NCBI GenBank assembly: GCA_021790385.1
Contig: JAJYDW010000004.1
Location: 36,193 to 100,192, forward strand
Source: Planctomycetota bacterium
GTDB taxonomy: Bacteria > Planctomycetota > Phycisphaerae > WQYP01
Length of the DNA stretch: 64,000 nucleotides
Direction of reading: 5' to 3'
Part shown: one piece after another, positions 1 through 9,974 of the stretch
How the letters are laid out: each line of letters starts with the position of its first letter
Position numbering within the stretch: position 1 is the first letter of the stretch
Position numbers and translations under genes: made by a program
Notes under the pieces: model-generated
The model's input: the letters and a program-made list of their open reading frames with translations, nothing else
Database searches by the model: none
Told to the model about the DNA's origin: nothing

Positions 1-1185
1 GACCAACTATTTCTCCAGCCGAACGGGGGCAATTTAATCTTGGGTGGCGGAGTCACCGGTGCTGGTAACACGTCCAGCATTGACGTTCAAGGCAACGCTG
101 CCCAGAACGTCACTCTTAACGGTGTTGTCAGTGGTACCTTTTCAAATATCAAGGTAGATTCCGGCGCGACGGTGTTCTTCAATGCAGCCAACACCTTCAC
201 TGGCAACATGACCGTTTATGCCGGCACATTTGAGCTTGGCAATAGCAGCGCCTTGGGGGCTGTTGGTAACTACATCCAACTTAATAACGGCACCGGTACT
301 TCAACAACCAGTCTGCTGACCAGTGCGGCGGTAACTATAGCTCAAAATATCACCATTGCCAACGCCACGTCCGATGCTACGGGTAATAATACCATCGGTG
401 GTGTATCTGTCGATGCTTCTACCTTTACTGGAAAGATTTCCCTTGGTAGTACAGATACGCAGCCGTTAAATTTGACGGCAGTCGCGAACGGCACAGTAAC
501 GTTTAGCGGCAATTTAGTGCATGCAGGCACTGGCACGACCGACAGCGTTACCAAGGTCGGGGCGGGCCTGGTTATCCTTAGCGGCACCGGTAACAATTAT
601 ACCGGCACTACCACTGTTCAAACCGGCAACCTGCAGATCAATGGAAAATTGACCGGCACCGGCGCTGTCACGGTGGACAGCGGCGCCACGCTTAGCGGTG
701 TCGGCACCATTGCCGGGGCGGTTACTGTGAACGGCGGCGGCATACTCTCGCCAGGCGACGCCCCGGGCACCTTCACGCTCAGCGGCGGCTTAACCCTGGC
801 CAACAACAGTGTACTGGATTTCACCCTGGGTTCGCCGAATGTGGCCGGTGGCACAGGTGGTAATGACCTGGTAAGCACGGCCGCATTGACCCTGGGTACT
901 GGCCTTACTGTGCATATCACACAGGGTACGGGCTATGGCACCGGTTTGTACCATTTGATTGATTACAGCGGAGCGCTGACCAACAACAGCAGCAACTTCA
1001 CCGGCTGGACCGTTACCGGCCTGGCGGCGGGTCAAACGGCGGTGTTTTCGCTGGGGACGGATGGTACCAGTAACGCGGTGAATCTGACCATCAGTTCCAC
1101 CAGCATTCCGGAGCCGGCCACACTGGGGCTGCTGGCGATTGGTTCGCTGGGAATTCTGGCAGGGCGTCGGCGGCGCAGCGCTTGA
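1..1185 (+). CDS. PEP-CTERM anchored surface protein with PATR-type (autotransporter-associated beta-strand) repeats. 5' end lies outside the window.
   Basis: Frame 1 is open from nt 1. There are repeated 'GTLTL.G.NTYTG.T.V..G.L' units. The C-terminus 'IPEPATLGLLAIGSLGILAGRRRRSA' is a PEP motif followed by a TM helix and Arg cluster, which is an exosortase sorting signal. Confidence 0.7.
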   Translation, partial: DQLFLQPNGGNLILGGGVTGAGNTSSIDVQGNAAQNVTLNGVVSGTFSNIKVDSGATVFFNAANTFTGNMTVYAGTFELGNSSALGAVGNYIQLNNGTGTSTTSLLTSAAVTIAQNITIANATSDATGNNTIGGVSVDASTFTGKISLGSTDTQPLNLTAVANGTVTFSGNLVHAGTGTTDSVTKVGAGLVILSGTGNNYTGTTTVQTGNLQINGKLTGTGAVTVDSGATLSGVGTIAGAVTVNGGGILSPGDAPGTFTLSGGLTLANNSVLDFTLGSPNVAGGTGGNDLVSTAALTLGTGLTVHITQGTGYGTGLYHLIDYSGALTNNSSNFTGWTVTGLAAGQTAVFSLGTDGTSNAVNLTISSTSIPEPATLGLLAIGSLGILAGRRRRSA

Positions 1186-1264
1186 TATGGATATGTAAGA
1201 TCGCGGGAAGAGGGTATGACCGCCCTCTTCCCGCTTTTTCCCGAACGGTTTTCAGGAACTGGCC

Positions 1265-2026
1265 ATGTGTAAGAGTAAAAAAAACGGCTTTACGCTGGTG
1301 GAATTATTGGTGGTCATTTTCATTATCAGCATCCTGATTTCCCTGCTTTTACCGGCGCTAAGCCAAGCCATGGAAGCCGGACGTACGACGGTATGTCTGA
1401 GCAATCTTCATCAACTGGGGCTGGCATGTGATGAGTATGGCAGTGATTACAATGAACGCTGGCCGCCGGCGTATTACTCTTCTAATTCTTGGGACGCTTA
1501 TCTTTTACCGTATCTGTTGCCAGGAACTGGTGGGCCGTATCTGGGTTCTTCGATGAGCGGGAAGCTTGATTCCCAGTTGCAAAAAATTGCCGCGTCCAGA
1601 GCACTCAAGTGCCCGGATGAGTACCTGTTATATCCGCAATCACAGGTTGCCTCGCTTTGGTGGATCGCTACCACGTATTCGATGAACAACGATCTTCCTC
1701 CCAGCCAACAGAGTAGTCCGCCGGATGCATATTTCCCCCGGCCATCGTTGATTGTTGATCCGTCAGCCACGTGTGTGTTTGCGGACGGTCTTTTTGTTTC
1801 CACCGGCGGTGGCACGGGCTATTTCAGCGCCAGCATCAACAACTGGGGGCCACCGGGTTGGGTCAGTCCTCCAACATTTGTTGCCGGAAATGTAACCAAG
1901 GCCGTTCACGCCGGCGGCGACAATGTGCTCTTCGCCGATTTTCATGCCCAAACTATGCCCGTGGACTCTATTCCGACAGCGGTCATGCCCAATGTTGGCA
2001 CGGCACGCTTTTGGCGTGGAAATTGA
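1265..2026 (+). CDS. Prepilin-type N-terminal cleavage/methylation domain protein of the DUF1559 / H-X9-DG family
   Basis: N-terminus '[28 protein letters not shown]' is a type IV pilin-like signal. The C-terminal '[13 protein letters not shown]' resembles the H-X9-DG motif that is abundant in Planctomycetes and Verrucomicrobia. Confidence 0.7.
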   Translation: MCKSKKNGFTLVELLVVIFIISILISLLLPALSQAMEAGRTTVCLSNLHQLGLACDEYGSDYNERWPPAYYSSNSWDAYLLPYLLPGTGGPYLGSSMSGKLDSQLQKIAASRALKCPDEYLLYPQSQVASLWWIATTYSMNNDLPPSQQSSPPDAYFPRPSLIVDPSATCVFADGLFVSTGGGTGYFSASINNWGPPGWVSPPTFVAGNVTKAVHAGGDNVLFADFHAQTMPVDSIPTAVMPNVGTARFWRGN

Positions 2027-2317
2027 TCCCTGAACACTAACAGACCTGCGATGGCAACTATGGCCGGTATTCCGAGCACCAGCATGCCATTATACCATTT
2101 GATAAAAGATCATCCTTTTATGATACAAATTTGTACTACCTCTTATTGACACTCAGGCTATCATAATAATGTCGGAGATATTTGGCTTGGCCTCCAGTGG
2201 GGTTGCGACGGCGAACACACATATTGCGGCAGACGCGCGGGAAGGCCGCAGGCGATAGTCCTGTGGGTTGTGGTAGCCTCGCCGCAGAAGCATTCCGTCA
2301 TACAGTGATGGTAACTC

Positions 2318-5300
2318 ATGAACAACAGAACTTATCAGCGATTCCAATGCCTCCACGGCGCATTGTTAACTCTCGGCCTGACATTGTCTTACGCGATGGC
2401 CGGGGCAAACCAAGCCTATGGTCTGGCTTATGTCTCCGTTGCCAGTGCCACGCCTGCACAGGTAGATCGATTCAGTTCGGGCTTTTCCACCGACACTCCG
2501 ATAATCAACACCAATCCGTCCTATATTGGCCTTGGCCAAGATTTCTCCGGTGTTGCCTGGCTTCCCGGTAGCGGGCTTAGCACCACCAGCTCGCGCGTCA
2601 TAAGCACCACCATGCTCACCCCGTTGACTTGCGCTTTGGCACACCATTACAGTTCAGTATTCATACCGGGAAATCCAATCGATTTTGTCAATGGGAATGG
2701 CCAATTCCTCACTTCCTCCATTGGCTCGGTGAATTCGCCCATTACTATTCCCAATTACACAACAGATTTTGCCCTTGGCACTCTGACGACGGGTTTTGCG
2801 GCCAATCAAAACGTGGCCGTGTACCGGTTGTTGGATATTGCATCGCAAAATGATACCAACATGCCCGTGATCGTTTACGGTAGCCAGGCGAACAACCAGG
2901 GGCCGACCATCGGAACGGCTTCTGTTTATTCCAACAGCGCACTGTATTACAACTGGTCCGCCAATTCCGGTTCTCCTCCGCCGACAGGTTCTGCTGCATA
3001 CTGGCAAGGCGGCGATTCCGGCAGTCCGATGTTTATACCTTATCAGGCACCTGGATCAGCCACGCCGCAGCTGACTTTTGCCGGGACCGCTTGGTATCCC
3101 AACGCGATTAATATTTATCTGCCCTATGCCGGATACAACCCCATCCCCTATCTCAACGCCGCTATAGAACCGACAGGTTATGCTTTGCTCTGGACCATTT
3201 ACAACAACCCAGCCGACCCGGCCAACACCGCACCAAGCTGGACCGGCGGTGCCAGTAACGGCACTTTTGCCGATGCCGCCAACTGGAGCAGCGGTGCCGT
3301 GCCCAGCAGTCTCCCCGTGCTCTGGAATACCAATACCGCCGCCAGCCAAACCAACATCAATTTCGGCTCGGCCAATGTCAGCCTGCGGGGCATGCTTTTT
3401 GAAGCATCTACCTCTACGGCCGGATTTACCCTTTCCGGCACTGGCACCCTCTCCATAGACTACACCGGCATTCGTAATGAAGCCGCCGCTACGCAAACCT
3501 TTGACGTGCCCATTACCTTGCTCGACTGTCAAAACTGGAAAGCTGCCGACGGCAACCTGGTTTTCAACGGCACCATCAACACAGGAGCTGGCACCGGAGC
3601 CGCTGGCAGCGGTTATCTGGTGGTCGTCGCCGGCGATTACAACACTAATATCAACGCGGTAATCTCCGGCAATGGAATGCTCGCCAAGGACGGCACTGGC
3701 ACACTGACCTTGGCCGCGGCCAATACTTATACTGGTGCCACCATCATCCACAATGGAACGCTGACGCTGGCACCCGGAGGCAGCTTGCCTGACGGCACTC
3801 CGGTCACCTTTATCACCGGCAATGCCGGTGCTACCCTGGATCTGCACGGCATCAGCCAGACGGTTGGCGAAATCAGCTCGCAATATGGTGCCACCGGCAA
3901 TATTTTACTCGGCGGTGCCACTCTTACAGTTGCCAGCACTGCCAACGGCAGCAACGCATATCTGGGCACCATCAGCCAAAGCGGTACGCTGGTCAAAACC
4001 GGCACCGGTACCTGGACCATGGCGGGCGTTGATACGCACACCGGCACCACAATGATCGAAGGCGGTGCCTTGCGCCTGGCCTCCGCAGGCGCGTTATCCC
4101 CGAATGCCAACCTGATCCTCAACGGTGGCGTAGCTGAATTGAGTGCTCAAGACTTCACCGAATCTCTGGGCACCCAGACCGGCCAGGTGCAATTTGCCGG
4201 CAGCGGCGGTTTCAGTGCCTGGGGTGCCAATCGCACCGTCAATCTGGGCGGTACCGGAGAAACCTTGACCTGGGGGCAAACGGCTGGCTTTCTGGCCAAC
4301 GGCCAAACTTTGATGTTATCCAACACCAATGCCAATGCTACCGTCCAGATAGTCAATCCTCTGAACTTCAATGACACTTCTCAAACCATTGACGTCGCCA
4401 GCGGAACAGCCCCAATTGACGCGGTGCTCAGTGGCAGTTTAAGCAACGGCCTCCTGATTATAGGTGGCAGCGGGGTACTGGAACTCACCGGTAACAACAC
4501 ATACACCGGCACACAGGTCAACGCAGGGGGTTTGCTCATTGCCGGCCCCACCTCTCTGGGCAGCGGCAATTTGAACCTTCTTGGTGGAGTGCTGGTGCTC
4601 GGCGCGGGCGACTTCACCCGGAGCCTCGGTACCGGAGCTGGCCAAGTGCAGTTGGGCAACGGTGGCGGCTTTGCAGCCTATGGTGCTCCGCGAGTGGTCA
4701 ACATTGGCGCAGTGGGGGCCACACTAATCTGGGGAACAACCGGTTTCACCGGCTCCTGGCCGGACAGCTTGGCGTTTGGCTCAAAGGCCGACAATGCTAC
4801 AGTTAATTTTGAAAATCCCATCAATCTAAATCTTGGTTCCTCCGCTGGTTATCGTACCATTGACGTGTATCACGGCAGTGCCGTCATTGATGCCAATCTC
4901 TCCGGCAATATCAGCGGAACCGGCGGTCTGACTATTAATGGCAATGGCACGCTTGAATTGTCCGGTAACAACACGTACACTGGCCAAACCACCATAAATA
5001 ATGCCGCAGTTCTGCTGGCATCCTCTCAAGCGCTGGCATCGGGAAATTTAGCGCTGAATCACGGAGCTATTTTGCTTTTAGGTTCCGGCGACTTCACCGA
5101 ATCGCTGGGCACGAGTGCCGGGCAGATTCAATTTGTCGGTGGTGCCGGTGGTGGCTTTGGTGCCTATGGGGCCGCACGGAATGTGAACCTGGGCGGAACA
5201 GGTGCAACCGTTACCTGGGGCAGCGGCTACTTTATTCCCTCCGCGGGAACCTTTTACCTTTCGTCTACCTCCAGCAATGCTACGGTCAACTTTGAAAATC

Positions 5301-6325
5301 CCATCAACTTAAACAGTACGGCCCAGGCCTATATCCAGACGGCCGATGGCAGTGCACCTGTTGACGCCATCCTAAGCGGATCTATCAGCAATGGTGGGCT
5401 GGTTTTACAAGGTAATGGTACGCTGGAACTCACCGGTAATAACACGTATACGGGTACCACGCTTGTCCGGGGCGGAGTTCTCCTTATAGGAGCGGCCAAC
5501 GCTTTGGGCAGCGGTTCCCTTATCTTAAACGGCGGCGTTCTCATGCTCGGGGCGGGAGATTTTACCCGGTCCATGGGTACCGGTGCAGGACAGATAGCGA
5601 TTTGGAATGGTGGCGGTTTTGCCGCCTACGGAGCGAACCGAACCGTCAATCTGGGGGGAGCCGGTGCTACTGAGACCTGGGGGCAAAATGGTTTTCTCAA
5701 TTCCGGAATGCCGTTGATTCTGTCCAGTTCCAGTGCCAATGCGACTCTGAATTTTGTTAATCCAATTCAATTGAACGGCCAGAACGTCTTTCAGGTTAAC
5801 CGCGGAAGTGCCCCAGTCGATGCGAATCTGATGGGTTCCATCAGTAGCAGCTACTATGTCTGGGGCATTACTAAAACCGGCAACGGCATTCTGGAGCTAT
5901 CCGCCGTGAACAATTCGTACCGGGGGCCAACCGTGGTATCCAGCGGCACACTGCTGGTCACCGGCACTCTGACCGGTGGTGGCGGCGTAAATGTGCAACC
6001 CACATCCGATTTTGTCTACAGCAATACTGCCACAGCCCTGGCCGACAATGTAACTGTTAATGGCGGAACCTACACCTACAATTCACCCGCCGCCTATGCC
6101 GGAACGCTCCAATTCCAGAACGGCACCCTCGCTGGCAATGGCAATCTGGTTCATACCGCCGTGATGCTGCAAACCCTGGACACCATTGCTCCCGGATATC
6201 AAGGCACGGGGATGCTTACCACGGGTGCAGAGACCTGGGCTGACGGAGGCCGTTACCTCTGGCAAATGAGCGCTGCCGCCGGCACAGCAGGTATGACCTC
6301 GGGCTGGGATATGTTAAACATCTAG
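2318..6325 (+). CDS. Giant secreted protein (1335 aa). It has a signal peptide, an N-terminal ~300-aa globular domain and more than 10 PATR beta-helix repeats. It is terminated by TAG just before an in-frame PEP-CTERM anchor.
   Basis: N-terminus 'LLTLGLTLSYAMAGANQA' is a signal peptide. Repeated 'G.GTL.L.G.NTYTG.T.I..G.L' units run through the rest of the protein. It ends at TAG 6323-6325. Confidence 0.8.
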   Translation: MNNRTYQRFQCLHGALLTLGLTLSYAMAGANQAYGLAYVSVASATPAQVDRFSSGFSTDTPIINTNPSYIGLGQDFSGVAWLPGSGLSTTSSRVISTTMLTPLTCALAHHYSSVFIPGNPIDFVNGNGQFLTSSIGSVNSPITIPNYTTDFALGTLTTGFAANQNVAVYRLLDIASQNDTNMPVIVYGSQANNQGPTIGTASVYSNSALYYNWSANSGSPPPTGSAAYWQGGDSGSPMFIPYQAPGSATPQLTFAGTAWYPNAINIYLPYAGYNPIPYLNAAIEPTGYALLWTIYNNPADPANTAPSWTGGASNGTFADAANWSSGAVPSSLPVLWNTNTAASQTNINFGSANVSLRGMLFEASTSTAGFTLSGTGTLSIDYTGIRNEAAATQTFDVPITLLDCQNWKAADGNLVFNGTINTGAGTGAAGSGYLVVVAGDYNTNINAVISGNGMLAKDGTGTLTLAAANTYTGATIIHNGTLTLAPGGSLPDGTPVTFITGNAGATLDLHGISQTVGEISSQYGATGNILLGGATLTVASTANGSNAYLGTISQSGTLVKTGTGTWTMAGVDTHTGTTMIEGGALRLASAGALSPNANLILNGGVAELSAQDFTESLGTQTGQVQFAGSGGFSAWGANRTVNLGGTGETLTWGQTAGFLANGQTLMLSNTNANATVQIVNPLNFNDTSQTIDVASGTAPIDAVLSGSLSNGLLIIGGSGVLELTGNNTYTGTQVNAGGLLIAGPTSLGSGNLNLLGGVLVLGAGDFTRSLGTGAGQVQLGNGGGFAAYGAPRVVNIGAVGATLIWGTTGFTGSWPDSLAFGSKADNATVNFENPINLNLGSSAGYRTIDVYHGSAVIDANLSGNISGTGGLTINGNGTLELSGNNTYTGQTTINNAAVLLASSQALASGNLALNHGAILLLGSGDFTESLGTSAGQIQFVGGAGGGFGAYGAARNVNLGGTGATVTWGSGYFIPSAGTFYLSSTSSNATVNFENPINLNSTAQAYIQTADGSAPVDAILSGSISNGGLVLQGNGTLELTGNNTYTGTTLVRGGVLLIGAANALGSGSLILNGGVLMLGAGDFTRSMGTGAGQIAIWNGGGFAAYGANRTVNLGGAGATETWGQNGFLNSGMPLILSSSSANATLNFVNPIQLNGQNVFQVNRGSAPVDANLMGSISSSYYVWGITKTGNGILELSAVNNSYRGPTVVSSGTLLVTGTLTGGGGVNVQPTSDFVYSNTATALADNVTVNGGTYTYNSPAAYAGTLQFQNGTLAGNGNLVHTAVMLQTLDTIAPGYQGTGMLTTGAETWADGGRYLWQMSAAAGTAGMTSGWDMLNI

Positions 6326-6700
6326 GGGCAATTAGATATCACGGCCGGTGCCGCAAGTCCCTTCACCATCGATCTCTCGGCAAATGCCTTGCCCGACTGG
6401 AACCCACATCTGGCTTATCAGTGGACGATTGCCGCCACATCCTCAGGAATCACGAGTTTTAACGCCGCCGATTTCTACCTCGATCCGAGTGCATTTGGAG
6501 CGTTCAACGCCTTGGATGGCGGAACCTTTGCGCTGCAAGTATCTGGTAACAACCTCGATATGGTGTTTTCACCCCAATCCACACCCGAACCGACACCGGC
6601 CCTGCTTCTTCCAGGTGGCTTAGCCGTCGCTTTGCTCGCCAGGCGACGCATAAAATCGTCAAAAATCCGCCCCGTGTATCTTGTATCAGGCCGGGAGTAA
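6326..6700 (+). other. In-frame continuation of the giant protein after TAG (125 codons) carrying the PEP-CTERM anchor ('STPEPTPALLLPGGLAVALLARRRIKSS'). Probably a truncated or pseudogenised anchor domain, or a read-through product.
   Basis: It is in the same frame as 2318..6325 with no stop until 6700. The only ORF-finder start is a TTG with no RBS. The PEP-CTERM motif is seen directly. Confidence 0.6.
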
Positions 6701-6706
6701 GTGATC

Positions 6707-7936
6707 ATGATTAAACTGGCCCTGATTGGAGCCGGCAAACGTGGATGGGACTTGGCGATGTTAGCCCGGCAATTGCCGGAGCCGGCATTTGTAACGGTTA
6801 TCGTCGATCCAGAACCCGAGGCCTTGCGTCAAAGAATCAATACCCATGATGCAGGCAGCAATTCCATTATTTTATTCAAAGACATTGACTCTTTTATCCA
6901 GGCCGGGCCGGCTTGTGACGGCATAATTATCGCAAGCCGTTGCGGTTCGCACGCCGATCTGGCGCTACGTGTCGCTCCTCTGAACAAACCACTATTTTTG
7001 GAAAAGCCCGTCGCCATCAGTGCAGTGCAGCTCAACAGGTTGCGTCACTCGAATCTGATGGGTCGTCAGAATGTGGTGGTTTCCTTTCCCTTGCGGTTGA
7101 CGCCTCTCTTTCAGGCTGTGCAACAAATCGTAGCTTCTGGACGCCTGGGAAAAATCAATCAGGTGCAGGCTTGCAACAATGTGGCCTATGGCGGTGTTTA
7201 CTTTGGGCAATGGTATCGCCAGGTGACCGAGACCGGCGGCCTGTGGCTCCAAAAGGCCACCCATGATTTTGATTATATTAATGCCTTGATCGATGCGCGT
7301 CCGCTAAAAATTGCCGCTACCGGAACACGCTCTATCTATGGAGGCCACCATCCATGCAACCTCAGATGTTCCCAGTGCCCGGAAACGGCTACCTGTCCGG
7401 AAAGCCCCATCTCACACCGGCAGCGACAGGATGATGGAGGTATGGCCTATGGCAAACCAGGTGACGACCATGCCTGTGCGTTTAGCGAATGCATCGTGAA
7501 TGATGACGCCTCCTCGGCCTTGATTCTTTACGAAGGCGGTATTCATGCAACCTATGCGCAGAATTTTATTTCTCGTCGCAGCGCGGGTCGGCGGGGTGCC
7601 GTCATTACTGGCTATCAGGCTACGCTTATTTTTCATTGGACCGGCGGCATATCCCAGATCATTGATCATTTCCAGCAAAATATTGAAACCATTGCGGTAC
7701 CACCGGTCATCGGGGGCCACGATGGCGGAGATGCAGCTTTGCTGCGCAACTTTATCAATGTCATTCACGGGCGGGAAGCGTCACGTTGTTCGCTCGCAGA
7801 AGGTGTGGTTAGTGCCGCAATGTGTCTGGCTGCGACAAGCAGCGCCGCAACGCATACCTTTCAATCGATCACGCTCGATGAGAAAAGCCTATCGTCACAC
7901 CAGGCCGGCGAGCCTGACGGTGCGCCATTGCATTGA
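6707..7936 (+). CDS. Gfo/Idh/MocA family NAD(P)-dependent oxidoreductase with a Cys-rich insertion
   Basis: N-terminal Rossmann motif 'MIKLALIGAGKRG'. The RBS GGGAG lies 9 nt upstream of ATG 6707. Confidence 0.7.
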   Translation: MIKLALIGAGKRGWDLAMLARQLPEPAFVTVIVDPEPEALRQRINTHDAGSNSIILFKDIDSFIQAGPACDGIIIASRCGSHADLALRVAPLNKPLFLEKPVAISAVQLNRLRHSNLMGRQNVVVSFPLRLTPLFQAVQQIVASGRLGKINQVQACNNVAYGGVYFGQWYRQVTETGGLWLQKATHDFDYINALIDARPLKIAATGTRSIYGGHHPCNLRCSQCPETATCPESPISHRQRQDDGGMAYGKPGDDHACAFSECIVNDDASSALILYEGGIHATYAQNFISRRSAGRRGAVITGYQATLIFHWTGGISQIIDHFQQNIETIAVPPVIGGHDGGDAALLRNFINVIHGREASRCSLAEGVVSAAMCLAATSSAATHTFQSITLDEKSLSSHQAGEPDGAPLH

Positions 7937-8265
7937 GCTGGTGGCGGTTGACTTGTTAGGGCGGCACGCCGAAAATTGGCACTGCAGCGACTTGCGTGAT
8001 GAAACCGCAGTTTGGTATCACGGTATAAAATATCGTCCGCAATAGTGCTGCGTAAAACCGCCATACTTGCTGCCGCCGCAGTATTTAGCGGGGTGGTAAT
8101 GTTAAGGAATTTCATGCGTCACTTTTCATTATTGACAAGTCCACCCTGATATTTTCATAAGATTAACAGTTGCGGTGCATCCTATGGACGCAGCACAGGC
8201 AAGGTTTGCGGCTGGGGCCTCTCCCATGGTGGTGTAAGGGCAATTCATTAAAGAAAGTTCCGATT

Positions 8266-9903
8266 ATGTCAAATAGCCTCACGGAGATTAACCGCCGGAG
8301 AACCTTTGCCATCATTTCCCATCCTGATGCGGGCAAAACGACACTCACCGAAAAGTTTTTGCTCTATGGCGGGGCGGTGCATCTGGCGGGCAGTGTGGCG
8401 GCCCGAAAAAATCAGCGGGCCGTTACTTCCGACTGGATGGAATTGGAGCGGCAGCGGGGGATATCCATTACTTCCACCGTTTTGCAGTTTGATTACAACG
8501 GCTATCGGATTAACCTGCTGGATACCCCGGGACATAAAGACTTTTCAGAAGATACGTATCGCGTTCTGACGGCTGTGGATGCGGTGGTCATGGTTATTGA
8601 CGCCGGCAAAGGGATTGAAGCACAAACGCGAAAGCTGTTTGAAATATGCCGGCGGCGCGGTGTACCCATCTTCACCTTCATAAACAAGCTGGATCGGCCG
8701 GCCATGGATCCTCTGGCGTTGGTGGATCAACTCGAAAATGTGCTGGGGCTGCGGGCCTGCGTGGTCAACTGGCCGCTGGGAGACGGGCGGGAATTTCGTG
8801 GGGTGTTTGATCGCACGAACCAGCAAGTGCATTTTTTTGAGCGGACCGACCATGGTGCCTATCGGGCACCCGTGCGGGTGATGGAGGTGGGTGACGCGGT
8901 GGTACGCCAGCAGTTAAGCCCGGCCACCTACTTGCGAGTCGTGGAGGAGCTTGGCCTGTTGGATGCTGCCAGCACTGCCGTTGATGTCGCGGCCATTCAG
9001 GCCGGCCAATTAAGCCCGGTGTTTTTTGGGAGTGCCGCCAATAACTTCGGTGTGCAGCTTTTATTGGATTCATTTCTGGCGTGGGCGGTGCCGCCGGTGC
9101 CGCGATTTTCGCAAGGTAAGCCGGTGCCGCTGGAATCGTCCGCATTTTCGGGTTTTGTGTTTAAGATTCAGGCCAATATGGATCCAAAGCATCGGGATCG
9201 TATTGCCTTTGTCCGTGTTTGTTCGGGCAAATTCACCCGTGATATGCGAGTATGGCACGTGCAAACAGGAAAAGAGGTCCGACTGGCCAGTTCACATAAA
9301 TTATTCGGGCGAGAACGGGAAACAATTGATGAGGCCTGGCCCGGAGATGTGATTGGCCTGGTGGGGCACGGCGAATTCGGCATTGGTGATACGCTTAGTA
9401 CGGATCCTGGCATTTTGTACCGCGAGATTCCGCACTTTACTCCGGAATACTTTGCGTACTTGCGAAGTCCCAATCCAAGTCAGTTCAAACAATTTCGCGA
9501 AGGTTTAAGTCAGCTTTTACAGGAAGGCGTTATTCAAACTTTGACGCTGACGGATTCGGACACACGTGGCCGGCTTCTGGCCGCCGTAGGGCCATTGCAG
9601 TTTGAGGTGGTGCAGTACCGGTTAAAGAGCGAATATGGGGCGGAATCTCAGTTGGAAACGGCCCGGTTTTCGGCGTTGCGCTGGGTATCAGCGGCAGTAC
9701 CCCAGGACGTGCTGGACCGTGCGGTACAATTTGGCAGCGTGCGACCGGCGGTGGATGGGCGGAATCACCGGGCGCTGCTGTTCCCGGATGAGTGGAGCCT
9801 GGCTCATTTTATCCGCGAGCATCCGCAGGTGGTTATTTCTGATATGCCGTTTGAGCCAATGGGGGTAGTAAATTCCGCCGGAAGCAGTAGCATAAATTCA
9901 TAA
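8266..9903 (+). CDS. prfC: Peptide chain release factor 3 (RF3)
   Basis: GTPase motifs 'AIISHPDAGKTTLTEK' and 'DTPGHKDF' are present. Length is about 545 aa. The N-terminus 'MSNSLTEINRRRTFAIISHPDAGKTT' is typical of RF3. Confidence 0.85.
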   Translation: MSNSLTEINRRRTFAIISHPDAGKTTLTEKFLLYGGAVHLAGSVAARKNQRAVTSDWMELERQRGISITSTVLQFDYNGYRINLLDTPGHKDFSEDTYRVLTAVDAVVMVIDAGKGIEAQTRKLFEICRRRGVPIFTFINKLDRPAMDPLALVDQLENVLGLRACVVNWPLGDGREFRGVFDRTNQQVHFFERTDHGAYRAPVRVMEVGDAVVRQQLSPATYLRVVEELGLLDAASTAVDVAAIQAGQLSPVFFGSAANNFGVQLLLDSFLAWAVPPVPRFSQGKPVPLESSAFSGFVFKIQANMDPKHRDRIAFVRVCSGKFTRDMRVWHVQTGKEVRLASSHKLFGRERETIDEAWPGDVIGLVGHGEFGIGDTLSTDPGILYREIPHFTPEYFAYLRSPNPSQFKQFREGLSQLLQEGVIQTLTLTDSDTRGRLLAAVGPLQFEVVQYRLKSEYGAESQLETARFSALRWVSAAVPQDVLDRAVQFGSVRPAVDGRNHRALLFPDEWSLAHFIREHPQVVISDMPFEPMGVVNSAGSSSINS

Positions 9904-9974
9904 AGGTGCAGCTCCTGAACGGCTCGACAGGCGAACAGTGGCACAGCATGATGCAAAATACAAGGAGAAACATC

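Noticed and set aside
6323-6325. Idea that TAG is reassigned to a sense codon in this organism
   Set aside because: TAG is the natural stop of dnaJ (34167-34169), grpE (34793-34795) and trpD (28653-28655) at exactly the expected protein ends. Genome-wide recoding is therefore unlikely.
6389-6700. Calling 6389..6700 an independent small PEP-CTERM gene
   Set aside because: Its only start is a TTG with no RBS. It is in frame with, and contiguous to, the upstream giant gene. It makes more sense as that gene's severed C-terminus.
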